Below, in pieces: positions 8,198 to 17,700 of a stretch of 24,000 bases of DNA; position 1 is the first letter of the stretch; the number at the start of each line of letters is the position of its first letter. The stretch lies in assembly GCF_022171985.1 (NCBI RefSeq), contig NZ_JAJVHF010000011.1, forward strand, positions 63,500 through 87,499, read 5' to 3'. The notes beneath the pieces were generated by a model. That model made no database searches and was not told the DNA's origin. It was given only the letters and a program-made list of their open reading frames with translations. The stretch is from Huaxiibacter chinensis. Lineage in GTDB: Bacteria > Pseudomonadota > Gammaproteobacteria > Enterobacterales > Enterobacteriaceae. Made by a program: the position numbers and the translations under genes.

Positions 8198-8343
8198 ATC
8201 TTTCCGTCGTTAAGTGTGGCTTCGCCCACAACTATCCCACCTCATTCCCCGCTCTCCTGTCATTTATGGCTGACATATTCCCGATCATAGCCCCGGCGTG
8301 CCTCCCGTAAAATTGCCCTACGCATATTTTATGGAGTGACAAG

Positions 8344-8790
8344 ATGGCCCTTCTGACCGCCAGCTGTATCGATCTCGATATTAGCGGCAACAGCGTTTAT
8401 TCCGTCCTGAAAACCCTGGCTGATATGGCTTACAAAAATGGCTATGTCAGCGATCGCAGCGCCTTTTTACAAACGCTGTTACTGCGCGAAAAACAGCACT
8501 CAACCGGATTTGGTTCCGGCATTGCCGTGCCGCACGGCAAAAGCGCCGCCGTTACGCATCCTTTTGTGCTTTTTGCTCGCAAAGCGGAAGGCGTGGACTG
8601 GCAGGCCAGCGACAGCGAAAACGTGACCTGCTGGATCTGTCTGGGGGTACCGCAGGAGGGCGAGGACGATCAGGTCAGGGTAATGGGTAATTTGTGCCGA
8701 AAAATCATCCACGACGACTTTATCTTGCAGCTAAAACAGGGCAACAGCGCCCAGGTGCAGGCGCTGCTTAACCAGACGCTAAGCCACTAA
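8344..8790 (+). CDS. frvA: PTS EIIA component, fructose/mannitol/Ntr type (FrvA)
   Basis: 148 aa, the same length as E. coli FrvA. The phosphorylatable-His motif is GFGSGIAVPHGKS (His codon 8533-8535). GGAG lies 7 nt upstream of the ATG. Confidence 0.85.
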   Translation: MALLTASCIDLDISGNSVYSVLKTLADMAYKNGYVSDRSAFLQTLLLREKQHSTGFGSGIAVPHGKSAAVTHPFVLFARKAEGVDWQASDSENVTCWICLGVPQEGEDDQVRVMGNLCRKIIHDDFILQLKQGNSAQVQALLNQTLSH

Positions 8791-8800
8791 GGAGCGACCT

Positions 8801-10246
8801 ATGGAAAAATGCTTACGGTTGGTGGCAATCACCAACTGCCCCGCCGGGATCGCCCACACCTATATGGTGGCAGAAGCGCTGGAGCGAAAGGCCCGGGATC
8901 TCGGTCATACCATACAGGTAGAGACGCAAGGCGCTAGCGGCGTGGAAAATGCACTGAGCGATGAGGCTATTGGTGCGGCGGACTACGTGATCCTGGCGAC
9001 AGGACGCGGCCTGAGCGCCGATGACCGCGCCCGTTTTGCCGGCAAACGCGTCTATCAAATCCCCGTTTCACGCGCGTTGAAAGAAATTGACGCTATATTT
9101 GCGAATTTACCTGCACACTCTACTCTTTTCGCCGCAGAAGCTAACGTGAAATTAGGTAAGCAGGAGGTGCCACAGGGTAGCGTCATGGCCCATCTGATGG
9201 CGGGCGTTTCCGCCGCGCTGCCCTTTGTGATTGGCGGCGGTATCCTGGTGGCGATCGCTAATATGCTGGTGCAACTGGGCTTGCCGTACGTCGATATGGC
9301 AAAAGGAATGCCGTCGTTAACCTGGGTGGTGGAAAGCATCGGGTATCTGGGCTTTACCTTTATGATCCCGGTGATGGGGGCCTATATTGCCCTGTCGATA
9401 GCCGACAAACCTGCGTTCGCCCCCACCTTTCTGGTGTGCTACCTGGCAAATGATAAAGGGTTGCTGGGAACACAATCTGGCGCGGGTTTCCTGGGTGCCG
9501 TCGTGCTGGGCCTGACCATGGGTTACTTTGTGCTGTGGTTTCGCAAAGTCCGGCTGGGCAAAGCGCTCCAGCCTTTGCTGGGTTCGATGATGATTCCCTT
9601 CGTCACGCTGCTGGTATTTGGTGTGCTGACCTGGTACATCATTGGCCCGCTGATGTCCGATTTGATGAGCGGGCTGTTGCATCTTCTCAACACGATTCCG
9701 CCATCCATGAAGCTGGGTGCCGCCTTCCTGGTCGGCGCGATGCTGGCTTTCGACATGGGCGGTCCTGTCAACAAAACCGCGTGGTTCTTCTGTTTTTCTT
9801 TGCTGGAAAAGCATATCTACGACTGGTACGCCATTGTGGGTGTGGTAGCGCTGATGCCGCCCGTCGCGGCGGGGATCGCCACCTATATTGCACCTAAGCT
9901 GTTTACACCTCAGGAAAAAGCGGCGGCCAGCAGTGCGATTATCGTGGGGGCAACCGTCGCCACCGAACCCGCCATTCCTTATGCCCTTGCGGCTCCTTTA
10001 CCCATGCTAACCGCGAATACCCTGAGCGGTGGAATCGCGGGCATGTTGACCCTCTCCTTTGGCATCCAGCGTCTTGCCCCGGGGCTTGGCGTCTTTGATC
10101 CCCTGATTGGCCTGATGTCACCGATGGGCGCGTTTTATCTGGTGCTGACGATTGGCCTGGCGCTCAACATTTCACTGATTATTTTACTCAAAGGCTGGTG
10201 GCTCGCGCGCCAGGCCGCACGACGGGAGACGGCGAATGAACACTGA
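8801..10246 (+). CDS. frvB: PTS fructose-like EIIBC component (FrvB)
   Basis: The N-terminal IIB motif is VAITNCPAGIAHTYMVAEALE (Cys codon 8837-8839), followed by a multi-TM IIC domain. At 481 aa it is close to the roughly 483 aa of E. coli FrvB. AAGGAG lies upstream. Confidence 0.9.
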   Translation: MEKCLRLVAITNCPAGIAHTYMVAEALERKARDLGHTIQVETQGASGVENALSDEAIGAADYVILATGRGLSADDRARFAGKRVYQIPVSRALKEIDAIFANLPAHSTLFAAEANVKLGKQEVPQGSVMAHLMAGVSAALPFVIGGGILVAIANMLVQLGLPYVDMAKGMPSLTWVVESIGYLGFTFMIPVMGAYIALSIADKPAFAPTFLVCYLANDKGLLGTQSGAGFLGAVVLGLTMGYFVLWFRKVRLGKALQPLLGSMMIPFVTLLVFGVLTWYIIGPLMSDLMSGLLHLLNTIPPSMKLGAAFLVGAMLAFDMGGPVNKTAWFFCFSLLEKHIYDWYAIVGVVALMPPVAAGIATYIAPKLFTPQEKAAASSAIIVGATVATEPAIPYALAAPLPMLTANTLSGGIAGMLTLSFGIQRLAPGLGVFDPLIGLMSPMGAFYLVLTIGLALNISLIILLKGWWLARQAARRETANEH

Positions 10247-11297
10247 TTTACTGCAGGCACTGTGTGAAGCGGATGCAGTGAGCGGCGATGAACAGGAGGT
10301 GCGCGATATTCTGAACGGTACGCTTAAACCTCATGCTGATGATATTTCCTTTGATGGGCTGGGCAGCTTTATCGCCCGTAAAGGCTCACAGGGGCCGAAA
10401 GTGGCGCTTATCGGTCATATGGATGAGGTCGGCTTTATGGTCACTCACATTACCGAGCAAGGCTTTATTCGCTTCGACACCATTGGCAGCTGGTGGAGCC
10501 AGTCGATGCTCAACCATCGGGTGACGCTTCGCACCCGCAGCGGCCATAAGATCCCCGGCGTCATTGGCTCGGTGGCGCCACATGCGCTAAGTGATAAGCA
10601 AAAAAACCAGCCCATCAGCGTCGATGAGATGTTCGTGGATATAGGTGCAAGGAGTCATGAAGAGGCGATCCGGCGCGGCGTAGCGCCCGGTGATTTTATT
10701 AGCCCGGCATCGTCTTTTGACCGATGGGGCGAGGATAAAATAGTCGCTAAGTCGCTGGATAATCGTGTGGGTTGTGCCCTGATGGCGGAACTGTTTATGC
10801 AGGTCAAAAACCCGCAAATCACGCTTTACGGCGTGGGAAGCGTGGAGGAAGAGGTGGGCTTGCGCGGGGCGCAAACCTCCGCAGGACACATCCTGCCGGA
10901 TGTCGCGATCGTACTCGATACCGCAGTAGCCGGTGATGTGCCGGGAATCGATGCGGTAAAATATCCGTTGAAGCTCGGTTTTGGGCCCGGTGTGATGCTG
11001 TTCGATAAACGCTATTTCCCCAACCAAAAACTGGTGACCGCGTTACAAGAGAGTGCCTCACGGTGTGACGCCGCGCTGCAGTTCAGCATCATGAAGACCG
11101 GCGCTACCGATGGCGGGCGTTACAATGTGGTGGGAGGCGGTCGTCCGGTGGTGGCCCTGTGCTTACCCACACGTTATCTGCATGCCAATAACAGTATGAT
11201 TTCCGTAAAGGATTACGAGGCGGCGTACGCCATGCTTTTTGAGCTTCTCACGTCACTGAATAAGGAGAAGGTCGCAGGCTTTACGCAGTTTTGCTGA
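10236..11297 (+). CDS. frvX: M42-family metallopeptidase / endoglucanase-like protein (FrvX)
   Basis: M42 motifs IGHMDEVGFMV, SLDNRVGCA and SVEEEVGLRGA are present. The start overlaps the frvB 3' end by 11 nt. Confidence 0.85.
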   Translation: MNTDLLQALCEADAVSGDEQEVRDILNGTLKPHADDISFDGLGSFIARKGSQGPKVALIGHMDEVGFMVTHITEQGFIRFDTIGSWWSQSMLNHRVTLRTRSGHKIPGVIGSVAPHALSDKQKNQPISVDEMFVDIGARSHEEAIRRGVAPGDFISPASSFDRWGEDKIVAKSLDNRVGCALMAELFMQVKNPQITLYGVGSVEEEVGLRGAQTSAGHILPDVAIVLDTAVAGDVPGIDAVKYPLKLGFGPGVMLFDKRYFPNQKLVTALQESASRCDAALQFSIMKTGATDGGRYNVVGGGRPVVALCLPTRYLHANNSMISVKDYEAAYAMLFELLTSLNKEKVAGFTQFC

Positions 11298-11306
11298 GGA
11301 AGCAGC

Positions 11307-13049
11307 ATGTTAAATGAGCGCCAGTTTGCCCTGCTCGACGAACTTGAATCACAACCTGTGTCGCTGGGTGTGCTGGCGCAAAAGCGTGCCGTTTCAGCGC
11401 GAACCATCCTGCGCGATATCGACTATCTGAATTTTACCCTCGGTGGAAAAGCGCGCATTCATACCGTGGGCAACTCGCTTTATCAGCTGGAAATTGTCGA
11501 CAGGAAGGGTTATTTCCAGCTTCTTCAGCGTCATGATAATGATGACCGGATGCTGGCGCTGCTCCTGATCCATCCGGTAATTTCCCGTGCGCAGCTCGCT
11601 GAAGCCCTTAATCTGCCTGATACCTGGGTGGCTGAACGCTTGCCCCGCCTGAAAAAGCGCTATGCCCGAGTCTTTACGCTGGGCAGCCGCCCGGGTTCGG
11701 GCCATTACGTTGTCGTCGATCGCGACAAACGGATTATTTTACTGGCAGAGCTTTTCAGAAAAGATCCCCTCGTGTTTCCACTGGTGGGTATCGCTGCCGG
11801 GTCGTTCACCGCCCTTCTTGAAAACTGCCGCCCGCTTACTGCCTGGCCTGATATCACTCCGGATTACCGTGCCAGTATGATTCTGGCAGTCTACGCTCTG
11901 CGCCACCAGCTGGTTGCTAAAGGTTTACATCCTGCCGCCGAGGCGCTACAGGCCTGCACGGAACGCGCGGGTCTCTGGATGAGTCAGGCTATGCTGAGCA
12001 TTCTCGCCGAGCGGCTGGATGATTTGCAGCAGGAAGCCCGACGCATAACGCCAGAATACGTCACCGGTATTCTTGCCAGCCTCACTCACGCCGGTCAGCC
12101 GGCAATGGTGGATGCGCAATTGATTAACGATCTTACCGGGCATCTCGTGCGATGCGTCGCGATGCCGAAATGGTTGCCAGAACATCGTCAGGGTTCGATG
12201 AATCACCTGAAAGCGGCCTGGCCTGCGGCTTTTGATATGAGCGTGAAATTTATCCATCATTTAAAAGAAAGCAGAGATATTCCGCTTATTGACAGCGATC
12301 TCCCGGGACTTTACTTCGCCTGCGCGCTGGAACGTCATCATCATGAATCGGTACCGGTCGTGTTGTTGGCCGACCAAAACGCTATCGCCACGATCAACAA
12401 GATGGCGATTGAGCGAGCCGTGTTTAATTGCCGGGTGATCGTTGTCCGCACGCCTGATGAGCTTTGCGCCATCAGACAGGAACTGACGCCGGGGCTGGTA
12501 ATCAACAATAGCCATTACCCGCTGGATGAGCGACAGGGGTGCGTCCTGACTATTCGTCACATCATCCCTGCCGCCGGTCTTGATCAAATCAAAGATTTTC
12601 TGGCCTCCGCGTTTATTCGCCAGCAACCGACGCGTTTTTTCCCGGCGGAAAGCTATTTCCACTATCGCAACGGGCCGAATGAGCGCTGGATGCAGGTCGT
12701 CGCGGCGATCACCACACGGCTACGCCAGCAAAATCTGATCACTGAAACAGAAGCACGGCGGATTGAGCAACGCGAGCAGGAGGGGGAAAATTTAATCGTA
12801 AACCGCATCGCCATTCCCCATTGCTGGAGTGAGCAGCCGCAGCCGTTTCGTGGATTTTTTGTCACGCTTGAGTCCCCCCTTTCCGTTAACGGTGAAGAGG
12901 TGAGACATGTGCTGGTAGCCTGTGCCAGCGCAGAGCATCAACAGGAACTGAAAATTTTTGGCTATCTGGCGAGCGTGCTGAATCGCTATTCGCCGCAGAC
13001 AATTGAAGCACTCAGGGATCATGACGCATTTATTGCGTTACTGCGCTGA
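11307..13049 (+). CDS. frvR: Transcriptional regulator FrvR (N-terminal winged-helix HTH, C-terminal EIIA-like domain)
   Basis: 580 aa (E. coli FrvR is about 582). The DeoR-like HTH is QPVSLGVLAQKRAVSARTILRDIDYLN. The C-terminal EIIA(Mtl)-like module is NRIAIPHCW (His codon 12819-12821). Confidence 0.8.
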   Translation: MLNERQFALLDELESQPVSLGVLAQKRAVSARTILRDIDYLNFTLGGKARIHTVGNSLYQLEIVDRKGYFQLLQRHDNDDRMLALLLIHPVISRAQLAEALNLPDTWVAERLPRLKKRYARVFTLGSRPGSGHYVVVDRDKRIILLAELFRKDPLVFPLVGIAAGSFTALLENCRPLTAWPDITPDYRASMILAVYALRHQLVAKGLHPAAEALQACTERAGLWMSQAMLSILAERLDDLQQEARRITPEYVTGILASLTHAGQPAMVDAQLINDLTGHLVRCVAMPKWLPEHRQGSMNHLKAAWPAAFDMSVKFIHHLKESRDIPLIDSDLPGLYFACALERHHHESVPVVLLADQNAIATINKMAIERAVFNCRVIVVRTPDELCAIRQELTPGLVINNSHYPLDERQGCVLTIRHIIPAAGLDQIKDFLASAFIRQQPTRFFPAESYFHYRNGPNERWMQVVAAITTRLRQQNLITETEARRIEQREQEGENLIVNRIAIPHCWSEQPQPFRGFFVTLESPLSVNGEEVRHVLVACASAEHQQELKIFGYLASVLNRYSPQTIEALRDHDAFIALLR

Positions 13050-13103
13050 GGGAAAAGCAGACCTGTCCCCGCTCCAGAGAGCAAGGGACAGTGGCAACAT
13101 AAC

Positions 13104-13316
13104 TTATTTGTTCAGTTCAGCGGTCATGTGAACACGGTTACCCGAAAACGCCTGAGTAATGGTGTAAGAAGACGCGCCAGCCTGCTCTGCCTGAGCGGCG
13201 ATTTTTGCTTCTGCGCCATCAATAGTTGAGCCAGTTGCGGTCACAGTCTGTGCAGCGAAAGAACCGAAAGAGGTAGCCAGAGCGATTACAGCGACAAAAG
13301 TTTTGATGCTTTTCAT
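13104..13316 (-). CDS. Small secreted DUF1471 (YhcN/BhsA/McbA-family) protein
   Basis: The start is taken at ATG 13316 (MKSIKTFVAVIALATSFGSFAAQ, a Sec signal peptide). The mature part, about 47 aa (TVTATGSTIDGAEAKIAAQAEQAGASSYTITQA...), is typical of this family. The track's longer ORF adds an unlikely 37-aa extension. Confidence 0.8.
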   Translation of the reverse strand: MKSIKTFVAVIALATSFGSFAAQTVTATGSTIDGAEAKIAAQAEQAGASSYTITQAFSGNRVHMTAELNK

Positions 13317-13429
13317 GAGATAAACCCTTTCATTAAGTTGTTTGGATAAGGCGTTTTGCCTTGATGTGATAATAATAGGCTTCATCACGCACAACTGATA
13401 GCGGAAGGATTTGCTCACTTCATTCAAAT

Positions 13430-14284
13430 TTACTGATCAATATTAAAGCGCTGAGGATGGGTATAAATCGTGACCTTTCCGGGCTTACAGAATCCGGCAA
13501 GCGTCAGATTACAACGCTGGGCCACTTCGACCGCCAGCGTGGTGGCCGCAGAGACCGCAAACAGAATTTCGACGCCACACATCGCCGCTTTTTGCACCAT
13601 CTCATAGCTCGCACGGCTGGAAACCAGCGCGGCGCCCTGTCGCCAGCTTTCACTTTCCCCGGCGCGACGTCCCAGCAGCTTATCCAGCGCCACGTGTCGC
13701 CCGACATCTTCATGACCGCCCGCAATCTCACCCGACGGTAACACCCAGGCCGCAGCGTGCGTGCAACCGCTAAGATGACCAATCGGCTGAACGTCGTTGA
13801 GATGGGTCAGCGCGCGATCGAGATGGCGGAGATTAAAGGTTTGCGTAAACGGCAGCGGAACGATCGGCTTGCCAATATCGTTCAGTTGCTCAACGCCACA
13901 CACGCCGCAGCCGGTTCGGCCTGCCAGGGCGCGACGCCGCTCTTTCAATCCCATAAAGCGGCGGCTGGAAAGCTCAATCTGCACTTCCAGACCGTTGCAG
14001 ACTTTCACCACGTCCATCCCGAAGATCTCATTCGGGTGGGCAATGATGCCTTCCGAAAGCGAAAAGCCGATGGCAAAAAGCTCGAGATCCTTCGGCGAGG
14101 CCATCATCACCACATGGGATATGCCGTTGTAAACCAGTGCAACGGGCACCTCCTCCGCCAGAAAATCGGGGGTGGCAAGCGTGACAGAAGGGGGTCTGTG
14201 AACCCAATGTTCCACAACACCTACAGGTAAGGGTGAAGGCTGGATATCACGATTTTGTTTCGGCACAACGGTATTCCTGAGCAA
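13430..14284 (-). CDS. fdhD: Formate dehydrogenase sulfurtransferase/accessory protein FdhD
   Basis: ...[36 protein letters not shown]... matches E. coli FdhD as recalled. The start at 14284 is a TTG, so the exact start is uncertain because the N-terminus diverges from E. coli. Confidence 0.88.
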   Translation of the reverse strand: MLRNTVVPKQNRDIQPSPLPVGVVEHWVHRPPSVTLATPDFLAEEVPVALVYNGISHVVMMASPKDLELFAIGFSLSEGIIAHPNEIFGMDVVKVCNGLEVQIELSSRRFMGLKERRRALAGRTGCGVCGVEQLNDIGKPIVPLPFTQTFNLRHLDRALTHLNDVQPIGHLSGCTHAAAWVLPSGEIAGGHEDVGRHVALDKLLGRRAGESESWRQGAALVSSRASYEMVQKAAMCGVEILFAVSAATTLAVEVAQRCNLTLAGFCKPGKVTIYTHPQRFNIDQ

Positions 14285-14440
14285 CCACGTGGGTGAGGCC
14301 TGCTATTGCAACATAAATGGCATGCCTTGCGCATAGTATGGATCAACTTTTCAGCAACCCTTTCCTGTCAGTGTACCTACTCATTCAGTAGAGGCACAAC
14401 TGATTCGCAGAAACATCCCTTTAACAGTCAGGGGTATTTT

Positions 14441-14456
14441 TGTGATTGATGTCACA
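14441..14456. promoter_or_regulatory. Consensus CRP-type binding site in the fdhD-fdoG intergenic region
   Basis: TGTGATTGATGTCACA has both TGTGA/TCACA half-sites perfect with a 6-bp spacer. A TATAAT hexamer (14460-14465, + strand) and an ATCAC-A-GTGAT palindrome (14466-14476) follow immediately. Confidence 0.55.
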
Positions 14457-14748
14457 CTTTATAATCATCACAGTGATAATACGTTCACTTTGTTTTAACG
14501 CCGTTGGAACAGGCATACCGACATTGTGGTATTCTGCGCCATACCCCTCGCAGAATTGAGGGTATAACTCAAATTTTCGTCTTTACGGTTAAACCTTAAC
14601 CGTAGAGTAAAACAATAATGACCCAAAATAATTCGCATGGCAGGAAGCCGGCTACGCAGTGAATCCTCGTGGATGAACCTGGGCAGCCCCGTTCCCTGCG
14701 GCGCGAGATATCAGGGTGGCAATGTCGAAATGAAACAAGGAGTGACCC

Positions 14749-17700
14749 ATGCAGGTCAGCAGAAGGCAGTTCTTTAAGATCTGCGCTGGCGGTATGGCAG
14801 GCACGACGGCGGCGGCACTGGGCTTTGCTCCAGGCGTAGCGCTGGCGGAAACGCGGCAGTACAAACTGCTGCGCACCCGCGAAACCCGTAATACCTGCAC
14901 ATATTGCTCCGTCGGCTGTGGGCTATTGATGTATAGCCTGGGCGACGGTGCGAAAAACGCCAAAGCATCCATCTTCCACATCGAAGGGGATCCGGATCAT
15001 CCGGTCAACCGCGGCGCGCTGTGCCCGAAAGGGGCAGGACTGGTGGACTTTATCCACTCTGAAAGCCGCCTGAAATTCCCGGAATATCGCGCGCCAGGTT
15101 CTGATAAGTGGCAGCAAATCAGCTGGGAACAAGCCTTTGACCGCATCGCTAAACTGATTAAAGAAGACCGCGACGCGAACTTTGTGGCCCAAAACGCGGA
15201 AGGCGTTACGGTCAACCGCTGGCTCTCCACCGGTATGCTGTGTGCGTCTGCCTCCAGTAACGAAACCGGATATTTAACCCAGAAATTCACGCGCGCACTC
15301 GGTATGCTCGCGGTCGACAACCAGGCGCGTGTCTGACACGGACCAACGGTAGCAAGTCTTGCTCCAACATTTGGTCGCGGTGCGATGACCAACCACTGGG
15401 TCGACATCAAGAACGCCAACCTTATTGTGGTGATGGGCGGTAACGCCGCTGAAGCGCACCCTGTCGGGTTCCGCTGGGCGATGGAAGCCAAAATCCACAA
15501 CGGTGCGAAACTGATTGTGATCGATCCCCGCTTTACGCGTACGGCGTCAGTGGCGGATTTCTACACCCCTATTCGTTCAGGTACTGACATCACTTTCCTG
15601 TCAGGCGTATTGCTGTACCTGATGACCAATGAAAAATATAACCGTGAATATACTGAGGCTTACACCAACGCCAGCCTGATCGTGCGTGAGGACTACAGCT
15701 TTGATGACGGTTTGTTCAGCGGTTATGACGCCGAAAAACGCAAGTATGACAAAACCAGCTGGAACTATGAGCTGGATGAAAAAGGCTTTGCGAAGCGCGA
15801 TACCACCCTGCAGCACCCACGCTGCGTGTGGAACTTGCTGAAAGAGCACGTTTCCCGCTATACGCCTGATGTTGTCGAAAACATCTGCGGTACGCCGAAG
15901 GCTGATTTCCTGAAAGTATGCGAATACATTGCCGAAACCAGCGCGAAAGATAAAACCGCGTCGTTCCTGTACGCGCTCGGCTGGACGCAACACTCCATCG
16001 GCGCACAGAACATCCGTACCATGGCGATGGTGCAACTGCTGCTCGGCAACATGGGGATGGCAGGCGGCGGCGTGAACGCCCTGCGCGGTCACTCCAACAT
16101 TCAGGGTCTGACCGACCTCGGCCTGCTGTCACAAAGCCTGACCGGTTACATGAACCTGCCAAGCGAAAAACAGACCGACCTGCAAACCTACCTCACGGCC
16201 AGCACGCCAAAACCGCTGCTCGAAGGCCAGGTTAACTACTGGGGTAACTATCCGAAGTTCTTCGTCTCCATGATGAAAGCCTTCTTCGGTGACAAAGCGA
16301 CAGCGGAAAACAGCTGGGGCTTTGACTGGTTGCCAAAGTGGGACAAAGGTTATGACGTTCTGCAGTACTTCGAGATGATGCATCAGGGCCAGGTCAACGG
16401 CTATATCTGCCAGGGCTTCAACCCCGTCGCGTCGTTCCCGAACAAGAATAAGGTGGTTGAGTCGCTGTCGAAGCTGAAGTTCCTGGTCACGATTGATCCG
16501 CTCAACACCGAGACGTCGACCTTCTGGCAGAACCACGGTGAGTCGAATGACGTCGATCCGTCGAAGATTCAGACCGAAGTGTTCCGTCTGCCTTCCACCT
16601 GCTTCGCGGAAGAGAACGGCTCTATCGTTAACTCCGGTCGCTGGCTGCAGTGGCACTGGAAAGGTGCGGACGCCCCGGGTATCGCCATGAATGACGGCGA
16701 GATCCTGGCCGGTATTTTCTTACGCCTGCGTAAGATGTATGCGACAGAAGGCGGCGCGAACCCGGAACCGGTGTTGAACATGACCTGGAACTACTCGACG
16801 CCGGAAAACCCTGCGCCGGAAGAAGTGGCGATGGAGAGCAACGGTAAAGCGCTGGCGGATGTCATTGACCCGGCCACCGGTGTGGTACTGGCGAAGAAAG
16901 GCGATCAGCTGAGCACCTTCGCGCACCTGCGTGATGACGGCACGACCTCCAGCGGCTGCTGGATCTTTGCCGGTAGCTGGACGCCGAAAGGCAACCAGAT
17001 GGCCAACCGCGATAACGCCGACCCGTCAGGCCTTGGCAATACGCTGGGCTGGGCCTGGTCATGGCCGCTGAACCGCCGCATTCTTTATAACCGTGCTTCC
17101 GCTGACCCGCAGGGTAATCCGTGGGATCCGAAGCGTCAGCTCCTTAAGTGGGACGGCGCGAAATGGGGCGGCGTGGATATTCCGGACTACAGCACTGCTC
17201 CTCCGGGCAGCGATGTCGGGCCGTTTATCATGCAGCCTGAAGGGATGGGCCGCCTGTTTGCTATCGATAAGATGGCGGAAGGTCCGTTCCCGGAACACTA
17301 CGAGCCGTTTGAGACGCCGCTGGGCACTAACCCGCTACACCCGAACGTGGTCTCTAACCCCGCCGCCCGTATCTTCAAAGGCGATTTCGAGGCGCTGGGT
17401 AAAAAAGACAAGTTCCCGTATGTGGGTACCACGTACCGTCTGACCGAGCATTTCCACTACTGGACCAAGCACGCGCTGCTTAACGCTATTGCGCAGCCGG
17501 AACAGTTTGTGGAGATCGGCGAAAAGCTGGCGAACAAGCTCGGCATTGCCCATGGCGATACCGTGAAGGTCTCCTCTAACCGCGGCTATATCAAGGCCAA
17601 GGCGGTGGTGACCAAGCGTATTCGCACGCTGAACGTTCACGGCCAGCAGGTGGATACCATCGGCATCCCGATTCACTGGGGTTACGAGGGCGTGGCGAAG

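Noticed and set aside
14466-14480. A possible Fur box around ATCATCACAGTGATAAT.
   Set aside because: It shows only hexamer-level resemblance (GATAAT/ATAATC) and I cannot score it against a matrix. It is mentioned as a palindrome only, not called as a Fur site.
14618-14662. A mini-ORF, MTQNNSHGRKPATQ (14 aa), in the fdoG leader, and a 24-aa ORF at 14317-14391.
   Set aside because: Neither has a convincing Shine-Dalgarno sequence, and coding potential cannot be assessed for such short ORFs from sequence alone. They are kept only as a note under the intergenic-region finding.
14652-14981. A 109-aa ORF on the - strand running from inside fdoG into the leader region.
   Set aside because: It is antisense to the fdoG Tat-signal region, with no ribosome-binding site or motifs, so it is probably spurious.
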